Below, in pieces: positions 50,465-62,467 of a stretch of 64,000 nucleotides of DNA (within the stretch, counting starts at the first letter, position 1; the number at the start of each line of letters is the position of its first letter). The stretch is from Torpedo marmorata (taxonomy: Eukaryota). Under the pieces are notes generated by a model. That model ran no database searches. It saw nothing but the letters and a program-made list of their open reading frames with translations, and was not told where the DNA came from. A program made the position numbers and the translations under genes. The stretch spans positions 59,830,001 to 59,894,000 of the forward strand of contig OZ360238.1 in NCBI GenBank assembly GCA_977017645.1, in the 5' to 3' direction.

Positions 50465-52835
50465 TCTTTTTTTGTTGTTGAATATTTTAAGAATTTTAAA
50501 TTTTCACACAGTAATACATACATAAGTAATATATATTATTAATTTCAATAAAATCAGTTATATATTGTATTACAGAGTGTATCTATCCCTTCCCTTAACC
50601 CCCCCAAACCCTTATAACTTCCCCAGCACATCAAATTAAAATTGCTACAACATTTAATATTTCTATCCCACCCTCCACCCTTTCCCCTCCCTTTAAATTC
50701 CCACCCCAACCTTAATAACTAGAAAGAAAAGAAGGAAAAAAAGAAAGCAATACAATATTACTTATTAAAACATCTGTACAGATCGCCGGTGGATCCACAG
50801 CTCGACGCAGGGTTTTCAACAGTATTTTATTATTTAAGTTTGAGAGAGTCAACAGGGTCTAGGATGTAGAGCAACACATTTATATATTCATACCTAATGA
50901 TTGGATATATGGACGCCAAGTTTGCAAAAAGACCCCATACTTACCGGTATTTCTCATATTATATGTTATTTTTTCCAATGGAATACAACTCCGCATCTCT
51001 GTATTCCATCAATCTATACCTAAGTTTATATCTGATTTCCAAGTTACTGCTATACATTTCCTTGCTACTGCTAAAGCAATTTTTACAAATTTCAATCAAG
51101 ATCAAAATCAAGATTCAAGATTCAATTTATTGTCATAGTAATAAGACAGTGTCATATTCCATGAAATTTCTTTTTGCCTGCTGCAAGGCAGACAGATTCG
51201 CCACTGGCAGAAATTGCCTAAGCGCCTCTAACATTCCTTGCAGTCAGAGAAAGAGAAGCAAAAGAGAGTCCCCCCAGAGTCACCGAGTGTCCGTAGATTC
51301 GCCTCCAGTGCTTCCGCAGCCACACAGAGTCCAGACCAAACGATCGGCATCCCGAGCTCAAGATCCGAACCTCCAACACGGTCAGGTCACCCTCGGCACC
51401 CCATCGCATCCCGGTTCCGATACCTGGTACTCTTCCAGCCAGTTCGAGCCAGCCTCCAGCAGTCCGCAGCCCAGTGTGAGTCCCCCGACAGCAGTCTCCA
51501 GCAGCCTACAGCCTCCGCGGGTTCCTCGCCTCGAGTCGCCAGCAGCCCGCCGCGTGCACTGGTCCTTCAGCCTCAGAGCCCCTCACCGGTCCGCCGCCGT
51601 GGTCACCGTCCCGTGGGTCATCTCCTCCGCTTCTCCTTCTCAGACGGGGGGTGATCTTCCCGTCCTCTGGTGCCCTGCTCCAGTCGTCCGCTTCCCCGGA
51701 GTCTGCAGCCCCTCGTGGCTGCTGCCGATTAAAAGGCGCTGCCATCTTGGGCGCAGACCCCGCGGTCGCGGGATCTCAAATAAAACCACCGTCGGCTCCT
51801 TTAACGGGACGTTCAAAGCCCGTGCGGTACCGACGGCAGTCGACTGGGCAATTGATATATTGATAACTTCAACTTTGGTCTAGTTCCTTCCACATTCCCC
51901 AATAAAAATAAATCAGGGTTTTGTGGAAAGGTAACACCTGTAATTTGTTTTAACAAATTCCCTAACTCTATCCAAATTTTTTTTACCTTAGAGCATAACC
52001 ATGTTGAATGTAAAAAGGTTCTCTCTTCTTCACCACATCTAAAACACTTGTTTGATAATGTAGATTTTACCTTATACAATTTTTGTGGTGTAAGATATAA
52101 TTGATGTAAAAAATTATACTGGTCATGCTATCTTGACATAAATCCGACCATCTACTTTCATCAATTATAACATTAAGATCTTGTTCCCATCTTTGTCTAG
52201 ATTTATGAAGTCCTTGGTTTAAGGCTCCCCTTTGTAACAAGGAATATATTATAGAAATAATTTTTTTAATTTTTCCTTTCCTAATAAGAGTTTCCACTTC
52301 ACTACAATTTTGTAACAGCATATCCAAACCTAATTTTTCCCTTAAATATCCTCTTAATTGAAAATAACAAAAAAGAGTATTATTCGGTATTCCATATTTG
52401 TTTCTTAGCTGTACAAACGACATCAATTGATCCCCTTCATAACAATCTTCTATTTTCTTTATTCCTTTCTGTGACCATATATTTAAAAATTGATTATCTT
52501 TTGTAAAAGGTATGAGATTATTCTGTATCAATGACGTTTTAGGTGATATAGTTCCTTTCATCCCTATCTCATATTAATCTTGTTCCAAGCAGTAATCAAA
52601 TGTTTTAATAATGGTGTTTCTTTAACTCCTATCAGTAATTTTGAGTTCCATTTATATATAAATTCTTCTGATACTTTCTCTCCTATTTCTCCTACCTCTA
52701 TTCTAACCCATGCAGGTCTTTCTTCACTTTCAAAAAAAGTAACAAATCTCATTTGTGCCGCTCGATAATAATTTTTTAAATTAGGGAGTTGTAAATCTCT
52801 CAATTCATATTTCCATGTTAAACGTTCCATAGAGA
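50465..52835 (-). mobile_element. L1-clade LINE ORF2 3' portion, frameshifted and interrupted
   Basis: ORFs 52564-52905, 52067-52561 and 51813-52079 (LQLPNLKNYYRAAQ, CFRCG...HSTWLC); poly-T end. Confidence 0.9.
51097..51847 (-). mobile_element. GC-rich non-coding retroposon with Rex1/Babar-type tail, nested in L1
   Basis: Splits the L1 frame (KLSIYQL|KFVKIALA); caat duplication; (TTGAATC)-type tail; second copy at 27364. Confidence 0.78.
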
Positions 52836-53062
52836 CTCTTAATTTCTCTAAATTCTTGGTAGTGGTGAAAATATTCAAAGTGAAACAAGAACAAAAGCAC
52901 ACCAATTACACAGTCTAACATTTATGAAGCCATAGGACATAAGCAATGATCTCATTACTGCTCCCATTGATTTAAAAAAATGTTATTCCAATATAAAATG
53001 AGTATAAAAGATCAACATTACAGATCAATGTTATGTATGCAAATGGTTTGTTAAATGATGAA

Positions 53063-53955
53063 CCATATAACCATATAACAACTACAGCACGGAAACAGGC
53101 CAGTTCGGCCCTTCTAGTCCGCACCGATCCAAGTACCCTCCTCTAATCCCACCTACCAGCACCCTTCCCATATCCCTCCATTCCCCTCCCATCCATTAAC
53201 CTATCCAATTTTTCCTTAAATGACAGAATTGACCCTGCCTCCACCACCTCTCCCAGAATCCCATTCCACACATCAACCACTCTCTGAGTAAAGAAGTTCC
53301 CCCTCATGTTACTCCTAAACCTTTTCCCGTCAACCCTCAACCCATGACCTCTTGTATCCATCTCTCCTACTCTCAATGGAAAAAGTCTATCCACATCAAC
53401 TCTATCTATCCCCCTCAGAATCTTAAATACCTCTATCAAATCTCCTCTCAGCCTTCTACGTTCCAACGAATAAAGACCTAATTTGTTCAATCTTTCTTTG
53501 TATTCCAGATGCTGAAACCCAGGCAACATTCTTGTAAATCTTCTCTGCACTCTCTCTATTTTGTTGATATCCTTCCTATAATTCGGTGACCAGAACTGCA
53601 CACAGTACTCCAAATTTGGTCTCACCAATGCCTTGTACAGTTTCATCATCACTTCCCAACTCCTATATTCTATGCATTGATTTATATAGGCAAGCATACT
53701 AAAGGCCTTCTTCACCACCCTATCCACATGCGATCCTACCTTTAGGGAACAATGCACCGTTATTCCTAGATCTATCTGCTCCACTGCATTCTTCAATGCC
53801 CTCCCATTTACTACATATGTCTTGCTTTGATTATTCTTTCCAAAATGAAGCACCTCATACTTATCAGCATTAAACTCCATCTGCCATCTTTCAGCCCACT
53901 CCTGTAAGCAGTTCAAATCCCTCTGCAATTTTGAAAACCCTCTTCATCATCCCCA
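53063..53955 (-). mobile_element. Young CR1 (HER1-like) LINE 3' end
   Basis: Uninterrupted 261-aa ORF 53143-53928 (WQMEFN...LVRPNLEYCVQFWSP...RRLRGDLIEVFKI); (GTTATATG) tail. Confidence 0.95.
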
Positions 53956-54004
53956 TTTATATCAGAAAGTCACTTCTATTGGTGTAATCTCATCTCATCT
54001 ATGT

Positions 54005-54805
54005 GAAGACCTGGACCCACTACAATTCACCACTACCACAATCATTCCACAACAGATGCAATCTCACTGGCTCTCCACTCAGCCCTGGATCACCAAGACA
54101 ACAGCAATACGTATATCAGGCTGCTTTTCATGATTACAGCTCAGCTTTCAACACCATCATCCCCTCAGCTTCAAAACCTGGGCCTCTGCACCTCCCTCTG
54201 CAAATGGATCCTTGACTTCCTCATCAGAAGACCACAGTCAGTGCGGATTGGTAATGTCTCTTTCTCAATGACAATCAACACAGGCGCACATCAAGGATGC
54301 GTGCTTAGCCCACTGCTCCACTCTTTCCACACCATGACTGTGTGGCCAGGCACAATTCAAATGCCATCTACAAATTTGCCAATGACATCACGGTTGTCGG
54401 CAGAATCACAGACAGCAATGAGGAAGCGTGCAGGAGTGAGATAGATCAGCTAGTTGAGTGGCGTCACAACAATAACCTCGAACTCAACTTTAGCAAAACT
54501 AAGGAATTGATTGTGGATTTCAGGAAGGGGAAGCCAGAAGAACTCAAACCAGTCCTCATTGAGGGGTCAGCAGTGGAGAGGGTAAGGAACTTCAAATTCC
54601 TGGGAGTCAACATCTCTGAAGATCTATCCCGGGGCCTCCATGTTAAAGCAATCATGAAGAAGGCTCACCAGCAGCTATATTTCGTTAGGAGTTTGAGGAT
54701 ATTTGGTATGTCACCAAAGACTTGCAAATTTCTACAGGTGTACAGTGGAGAGCCTTCTGACAGGTTGCATCACTGGAGGTATGGAGGTGCTAATGCATGG
54801 GACAA
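54005..54805 (+). mobile_element. Rex1/Babar LINE RT fragment
   Basis: DYSSAFNTIIP, QGCVLSPLL, KFAND, KTKELIVDFRK motifs. Confidence 0.9.
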
Positions 54806-54810
54806 TAAAA

Positions 54811-54983
54811 GTGCTGTAATTTTTACATGGTCAAACCAAAATGTATACAAATAACCTTGAATAAAATCTGGAATTTGCACTTTAATCACATGTGAATTGT
54901 TTGATTACAAATTTAAAACTGTGGAGCACAGGGGCAAATAAAGAAAAAAAGTGTCTTTGTCCCAAACATTATGGAAGGCCCTG
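54811..54983 (-). mobile_element. Tc1-like TIR fragment
   Basis: Reverse complement of 1752-1922. Confidence 0.75.
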
Positions 54984-57900
54984 AATATACTCTGACAATA
55001 ATTCTGAACTTTGAACATTGCTGTGTTTATGTGGCACAGTGAATTACAAGTACCAGGACTAGATGCTAATATACCTGCAAATATATAAACTCTTTATAAC
55101 TTACCTGATTAGAGCTCACAGTAATGAACTGTTTTCTGAATTACTCTATTGGTTTGCACAACAGAAACAATAATTGATTCAAGGCAGAAGCTCACTTTTT
55201 TAGTCAGGATTAAATATCGAAGGTCAGGCACAAGAGTGCATGGCATTTAGTGTGCATGACATGCTGAGCCAATTATTTACAAACCTTGCTGAATGAAGAC
55301 CATCCGCTCAAGTAATCCATATTTAATTTCCTTTATACCTGCAAAACTATCAGCTGAATTGACTATCTATTCTGCCACGCTACAACATGCATTACATATG
55401 CTGTGACTATTTCAAGACCAATATTCTCAACACCAAATTCATTATATGACTACTGTAATCCCATTCAATGTAACCAGCTGAAAATTCTCTGCAGTGCATT
55501 GCTTGCAAGCTAATTTTCAGAAAACTATAAGGTGGTAACCGATGAATAACAAATCAATATCCAGCATGCTTTTAGCTATACCCCAGAGCTCCAGGTTGGT
55601 TAGGTCCAAAAAGCATGGTCCAGCTGGCTCAGAGGTCTACCAATCAATCAAGCATGGCAGATCATATATTGTATTATAAATTATTACTGACCACATGTTC
55701 ATCAGCCACCTACACAGATAAAAAAATATTCTGTAATAGAGCCTCGTGGTAACTATCTCAAGTCCTGCCAATTTCTTTAGCTTGCTGCATTTGAATGCTC
55801 ATTGAAACACATTAGGACTCTGTGCAAAGTCCATCAGCAGGACTCATTGTAAAGTCAAGAAAAATATACTAAAAACAATACTTGGTTTGCAATGGAGAGT
55901 CAATAAATCAAAAATCAAGAAATGCGACTCTCCTGGGTAACCTGCAGCCAACAGCCCAATCTGTCATTTCCAACACTGCAGAAATAACTGGTGACCTTTC
56001 AGTGCAAGCCTGCATTCTGTCATATTTCTAAACACTGTCCAAGGACCAACGTCTTCAATTCTGGTTAAAGAGAGTAATATATAAAAAAGGCTCATGATTT
56101 GAACAGTTGTAAGTGTAGCAGTTCAAACTCACTTTAGATCGCAATATTATTTGGCTTTACAGTTGTTCGAAAATGCTGTAATTGCACATAAAAAAATGAA
56201 ACTCAGAGGAACCATTAGACAGCAGGGTAGTTCATCGCTCTCACGTTGAGGCCTCTCTATGATAATTACTAAGTTCTCTCTGAAAGTTCTGCTATTTGAT
56301 TGCAAGCAACAATGACAGTGCCCCTTGTTCCTTTCACAAAATAATTTTTTGTTCCTTTGGATCTTTCCAGACCTTGAGACGATGAAGTGCCGCAAGGGTG
56401 CAGAGTGCTGCAATATCTCAAACAAATATGAACAAATTTTTGCTCTCCCATTGTGTTATATAGAAATTGCGCTCGACTCCATAAAAGAAAGCTATTATGC
56501 CACAAATGACACTGTGCTCAAAGAGGCTTCATGAATTGACAGTTTGGTACCGAAATTATCATAAGATCCATTAACCAACATTAATTATATTCAAGTTTCA
56601 TGAAGTAGAAGAACAGCATCAAAAGTCTCAATTGTAATAAAAAAAGAAAACAAAGGTTAGGCAGTAAATTTTATTGAAAACAATACATATAGAATGCTTC
56701 CGTTCAATTATATCAATAGGTCGCATTTAAAATACACCAATCCTAGTTTAAACCCTGCAAACCTGGTAGGAATGATGCATGCAAGATGTTAAAAATAAAT
56801 TTATAACCTCACTATGCTATTCCTTGAGAGATAATATGGACATCTAAATACTTTTTCATTGGGACAAGGTCATAATTGGGATAAGGTCACAATTGCCAAC
56901 AGACAGAACTTGTTGCCAGTGGCAGCACCTCACATTCATTAGTGAAATGCAAATCCGCTCCTCATGTCAAATTGCTGGTAGTCAAGATCCAGCTCCAAAA
57001 TGGTGAGACCCTTGCATGGCAGGAAAGCCTTGTGTCATGTAGTGTGGGTGGGCAAGCAGAAATTTCATATCCAAATTCAGTAAAAAAAAGATTGACAGCC
57101 AGTAAAGTAACGTGCTCAGCTTTATCAGTGTCAAAAGTAAAATGAATACTTCTGCATGTTTTAACATACAAATATTTTAAAGCTACATAATATGAAGCCA
57201 TTTTAAAGACTATTAATAATTAAAAACTAAATCACAATTTTTTTCATGTAAATTATCCTTCTCCCTCACAGCCATTTATCTCCATTCAAATGAATTATCT
57301 TGTAATTCTTGGATAAAGTTGCTGACACCAACTGGAACCAAATAGAATTTTAACTGAAGACCTATAAAATCCCATGAACTATCCTTAGGGGATCAAGCTA
57401 TGAGAGAGGCTGGAAAGATTCACACATTGGCTCATAGACATCGAACTTCCTCACGGGTTAAAATCGAGGCAGCCATATCTGCAGTTAACCAGCTATTTGT
57501 AGTACCTTCAGCAAGTTCCAGATAAAGAGACAACTTGTCTGATCATTTACTTTCTAACAGCATTTTAACTAACATCATCTCAGGCATTTGAAGCAACTCA
57601 GTGTCATGATAAGGGATTTACTTTTGGCCTTAACACATACATATTTAAACCTGAAATAAATTATTCTTTTGTGCAGAATTTTCATTGTCATTTGACAATC
57701 TGTGTCTAGACAGTTCAGCAGTGAAGAACATTTAACTGCAAACAATTTAACTTGTTACAGACATTTATTTGGTGATCAAGAAAAGTTAAAATATACCAAG
57801 AAATGCAAAAGCTGCATATGTTGGAATCATAGGGAAACAAAGAATTGCTCAAGGAACTCATCAGGACAGATCCATGGGCAGAAATGGTCTGTCAATGTTT

Positions 57901-57985
57901 CAAGTTGGGACACTTTATCAAGTCTTGACCTGCTGAGTTCCTCCAATAATTCTTTGTTGCTTAATATATCATGAATTGTTTTTAC

Positions 57986-58129
57986 CTCATTGTGGATCTC
58001 TTCTGTTTGTCGCACCGACTCAAGTTCCAAGGAAATAAGGGAGGAAATGCCCAGTGTTGAATCTTTTTGAAGGTTCTTCATGGCTACATCACAGCGTCCA
58101 AAGATATAGTCCAATGTACCACTTGAGCA
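57986..58129 (-). CDS. FTO: FTO coding exon (equivalent to human exon 6), start of C-terminal domain
   Basis: 144 bp between ttgtcttgtAG and GTaaaa. Translates CSSGTLDYIFGRCDVAMKNLQKDSTLGISSLISLELESVRQTEEIHNE, matching recalled human FTO [20 protein letters not shown]...GEEIHNE. Phase 0/0. Confidence 0.95.
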
Positions 58130-58632
58130 CTACAAGACAAATAATTTAACTGCACGTTGACCAGATTTTGACTCGAGTTATGAGTAAAAAATTGGAATTC
58201 CTTTGTAATTTGCTTGATGGGGTCCACTGATTTCAAAAATCATTAGGGACTTATTCAATGGACCAGATAGCTGGTCTTTCACAGCTTATCTTAGTCATCA
58301 GGGCTTTCCCATCTTTTACCAATAACATACACATGTTGTATTTTTAAATACATGGCAGAATAGAGTGCCTTTATCATTGCACCATGGAAGAAAAATATCA
58401 TTTAAATTGATAACAATTCATAAAAGGCTTGGTGGAAATGATCACCTTTCAGAATACTTCAACAAAATGGAGAAGAAAGACAAAAGAAATTAAGAGATGT
58501 GGACTGCAGGAGCTATTGCTAATAGCAGTTTGGAATGAGCAAAGGCAGATACTGTTCTGCTGGTTTGTCCAGCAATCTAACAGCAAAGCTCTGCTTCGCC
58601 AGCATTCCCAAGTACATCTCATCCTAATAGTA

Positions 58633-59211
58633 GTAAAACACAAAAGTCTGCAGACAACGTGGTTGAAGTAAAAATACAATGCTGGAGAAACTCAGCAGGT
58701 CAAACAGTGTACTTTAGATAGCAAAGATAAAGATACATAACCAACGTTTCGGGCTTGAGCCCTTCATCAAGGTATGGAGAAATCGGCAGGCGCCCGAACA
58801 AAATGGTGGGGGGGGGGGGGAGGGAGGAGCACGGACCCAAAGGCAGGAGGTAATAGGTGGATAAGGGAGGGAGGACACAGCAGCAAGCAGGGGGAGGAGG
58901 GATGGCTCTGTGAATGGAGAGGGAAAGGGGGTGGAGAGCTGGAGGAAAGAAGACAAAGAAAAAAGGGAAGGGAGAATGGAGAGTATGTCAGCAGAAACCG
59001 GAGAAGTCGATATTAATGCCATGTGGCTGGAGAGTGCCCAGACAGAAAATCAAGTGTTGTTCCTCCAATTTACAGGTGGTCTTGGTGGGATAGTACATGA
59101 GACCATGGACAGACATGTGAGTATGGGATTGGGAAGCAGAATTGGCCACTGGGAGATCCCTGTCACTGATGCGGACAGAGTGAAGGTGATCAGCAAAGCG
59201 ATCTTAATAGA
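58633..59211 (-). mobile_element. Penelope-like element 3' fragment (GIY-YIG C-terminus plus terminal repeat)
   Basis: Minus strand encodes KLEEQHLIFCLGTLQPHGINIDFSGFC*; 14-bp TSD tcatcctaatagta (58619-58632, 59212-59225). Confidence 0.88.
58736..58776 (-). ncRNA. Minimal hammerhead ribozyme-like motif, sense to FTO
   Basis: Minus strand catacc-TTGATGA-A-GGGC(TCAA)GCCC-GAAAC-GTT-ggttatg. Confidence 0.65.
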
Positions 59212-59589
59212 TCATCCTAATAGTAACACAGATTTACTGAAGAGAAGTCATCACAAAGTCTATGGCTTCAAGTCAAACAATATCATGGACCCTTAGCTCG
59301 GACTAAAGGTCTCCAACCAGAAATGCTGACTCTGTTTCTCTTCCCATAGATGTTGCCTGTCCTGCTGGGTATTTCCAGCACTTTCTGTTTTAGTCATGGA
59401 CCCCTCCATTGATCAACTAATCAACTATCATATTCCTCATTTGATCAATCAATACTGCTTCTTGTTGACAATCCAGAGAAAGAGATTACTGCCAGAGTAG
59501 CCCTACAAAAAGTGATCAAGCCAGCATGAAGAAGCAATCTACTTGACTTCTCTGTCACCAGACTCTCCTTAACAGATGTATCTGTACAT

Positions 59590-59705
59590 CCCTGATGAAG
59601 GGCTCAGGCCCAGAACATCGACAAACTATTGCTTTCCATGGATACTGCATGAACTGCTGAGTTCCTCTAGTACTTTGTTCCAGTTCTCCAGCATCTGCAG
59701 TCTTC
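59590..59705 (+). mobile_element. Old Penelope terminal-repeat remnant with decayed hammerhead
   Basis: CTGATGAAGGGCTCAGGCCC-AGAAC-ATC (canonical CUGAUGA, damaged GAAA) followed by ctgctgagttcctc...agcatctgcag. Confidence 0.65.
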
Positions 59706-59759
59706 TTGTTCAACTATCTGTTCATCATAACATTTGCATGTAACCAGAGGTTGTACGAT

Positions 59760-60495
59760 TCAGTGATCATTGGAGGATCAGAGGTGGAGAGGGTGAGCAA
59801 ATTTAAGTACTTGGGAGTCACTATTTCAGAGGATCTTTCCTGGACCCAACACACTAATGGCATTGTGGAAAGCACGTCAGCACCTCTACTTTCTCAGGAG
59901 TTTGTGGAGGTTTGGTATGACATCGGAAACCCTGGCAAATTTCCAGATATGTGGTGGGAAGTGTGATGACCGGCTGCATCATGGCCTGGTATGGGGACAC
60001 CAATACTCCTGAGTGGAAAGCCCTGCAAACGTTAGTGGGCACAGCCCAGGACGACATCACAGGCAAAACCCTCCCCACCATTGAGAACATCTACAGGGAA
60101 CGCTGCCGTTGGAGAGCAACAGCAATCATCAAGGATCCACACCACCCAGCACATGCTCTGTTCTCACTGCATCAGGAAAGAGGTATAGGTGCCACAATAC
60201 TCACACCACCAGGTTCAGGAACAGCTGCTACCCCTCCACATCAGATTCCTCAACAACAAACTCAATCAGAGTCTCATTTAAGGACCCTTACTTTTGCACT
60301 TTATTGATTTTTTTCTCTCTATATTGCACATTGTTTACATTTCTTTATTTATTTACATGCATGCTTATCTTCTTGAGTACAGTTTTTTACACTTACCAAT
60401 AAGTGGTAATTCTGCCTCACCCACAAGAAAAAGAATCTCAGGGTTATATGTGATGTCATGTATGTACTCTGACAACAAATCTGAACTTTAAACTT
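59760..60495 (+). mobile_element. Rex1/Babar LINE 3' fragment
   Basis: EVERVSKFKYLGVTISEDLSWTQH; same subfamily as 45793-46510. Confidence 0.88.
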
Positions 60496-60499
60496 TTGT

Positions 60500-60710
60500 T
60501 GCAATTTAGGAAATGTAGCAGAAATTTTGTGCACAGCAAGCTTTTAAATTCAGCAGCAGGGTCACAATGACCAGATCACCTGTTACAGTAATGTTAATTG
60601 AGGGACCAGAATACCAGGAATAATCCCTCCTCTCTTTTGAAGTTGTGCCATTAGCAAAGTAAAGCTGGAATCTTGGTTTGACCTCTCTTTCAAAGTGTAA
60701 CATCTCAAGT
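60500..60710 (-). mobile_element. DeuSINE remnant
   Basis: gtgcacagcaagc...aatgaccagat...gttaattgaggga Deu-domain motifs reversed. Confidence 0.55.
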
Positions 60711-60879
60711 TTCAAGCTTATTGTTACATGATACCAGTGAGAAGAGTTCTTCTGCTAGCAGTCTAGCAAGTCAATCTCTGTGGCTACATTAGATTGAGTA
60801 ATGCAGGGTAACAGTCAACTGGGAAATTTACATGAGAAAGACCCTTGACATTCCTATATGCAATCCTGCAGACAATGTC

Positions 60880-61182
60880 TCACACACAGCCTGACAACTT
60901 GTAACCAAAAGTAACTGTAAACTGCCCACAGCCCCCGGCTGAAGTCCACCATAATTCTGAAATCCACCATAACTGGCACCTGCAAAAAGGCACATCGTTT
61001 TCTACCAGAAATCAGCAGGACTGGTTTGATGGAAATGACTCAGAGATCGAGAAACTAAATAATCGCAAAAGCAAGGTGTTCTTGGATTCACATCTCAAGG
61101 ATAAAGAAACAGCTCTCGAGGATCTCGAAAGCTGAGATCCAAAAGAAAGATTGTGACCTCAAGAACTGATGGTGGGTAGAAA
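60880..61182 (+). mobile_element. RTE-clade LINE fragment
   Basis: QQDWFDGNDSEIEKL-like motif typical of the RTE endonuclease-RT linker. Confidence 0.55.
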
Positions 61183-61794
61183 TAAATCTGAAATTATAAA
61201 TGTATTATTTTCTAGTTAACCGTCGAAAGAATTATCAATGGCTTACTTAATAGTCAAGATCGGCCTCTTGTACATGATTATTCCATTTAATACAGTTTGT
61301 CAGGAGCTGAATGTGAACTGCTTTAAAATGTTGCACCAAACTAAATTAAATCATTCATAACAATGCAGATCTTAAATTGTACTAAGTCGATTCAACATAA
61401 ATCTCAAGATGGTATGCCCAGGTGAGGTAAGAGTTTAAGATAATAGATATTATGTCAGTTTCTGTAACTGTAAAAAAGCAAATTCACTAGAATGCAGTAT
61501 GACTATTTTAAAAGCAGCTACATTTTCAACTTTGACGTTACCAGTTGAAAGAGACTTGCAATATCATTCATAATCAATTTAGATTCCAATCGTTTTAGTG
61601 ACATTCAAATGTCAACGTTGAGCACTAAATCTACTTCAATTATTTTGGTAAAATGTTCCCATGAAGAATCTATTTGATGCTAGGAAGTGGAACAGTAGGT
61701 TCACATAGGTTATACGAGGTTCATTAGCATACTGGGGACAATTTTAACGGCCTCTATTGGACAGAAGTTGAACACCAAAGATTGGAAAATTGCA

Positions 61795-62260
61795 GACCAG
61801 ACCGCCCGCAAATTGGAGGTTATGTACTATCCCACCCAGACCACCCGCAAATTGGAGGAACAACATCTTATTTTCCGTCTGGGCACTCTCCAGCCAGATG
61901 GCATTAACATTGACTTTTCTGCTTTCCACTAAACCTGCTCACCTTTTCCTTCTCCTTCCCCCTTCCCTGTCCTTCCAGTTTTTCCACCCACCCCTCCTCC
62001 CCCTCTTTGCTGCTGTCCCCTCCCTCCTTTCTCCACCTATCATCTCCTGCCTTTGCCACCCCCCCTTTCCCCCCCCCCTCACTCTTTTGTTCGGACGCCT
62101 GCCGGCATTTTCTCATACTTTGATGAAGGGCTCAAGCCCGAAACGTCGGTTATGTATTTCTACCTTTGCTACATAAAAGACACGGTTTGACCTGCTGAGC
62201 TTCTCCAGCATTTGTGTTTTTTACTTCAACAACGGTGTCTACAGATTTTCGTGATTTACC
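61795..62260 (+). mobile_element. Penelope-like element 3' fragment
   Basis: RKLEEQHLIFRLGTLQPDGINIDFSAFH*; 14-bp TSD attggaaaattgca (61781-61794, 62261-62274). Confidence 0.9.
62114..62154 (+). ncRNA. Minimal hammerhead ribozyme-like motif with GUC cleavage triplet
   Basis: catact-TTGATGA-A-GGGC(TCAA)GCCC-GAAAC-GTC-ggttatg. Confidence 0.7.
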
Positions 62261-62467
62261 ATTGGAAAATTGCAATTCCTAATTAGCCTGGAAAGTACCG
62301 GTATATTAAAAAATTGCTGGTGGTCAAATCACAGCTTTCTTTCGAAGGCTACACCCCTCAAGTTGAATCCCTTGTTTCCTTTACTGGAAGAACCCAAGTT
62401 TGTCCACTTGAGAGCTGATTCTGCTGTTTGGCCTGCAGTTCGTGATTGGGATTTCAGTTCTGTGCTG

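Noticed and set aside
50897-51883. 328-aa ORF, the longest in the window
   Set aside because: Antisense read-through across an L1 and a nested GC-rich retroposon; no protein family features.
1752-54983. 53-kb composite transposon bounded by inverted Tc1 TIRs
   Set aside because: It would enclose only two internal FTO exons while gene order is intact. The right end lacks a clean TA and both pieces are truncated, so two independent relics are more parsimonious.
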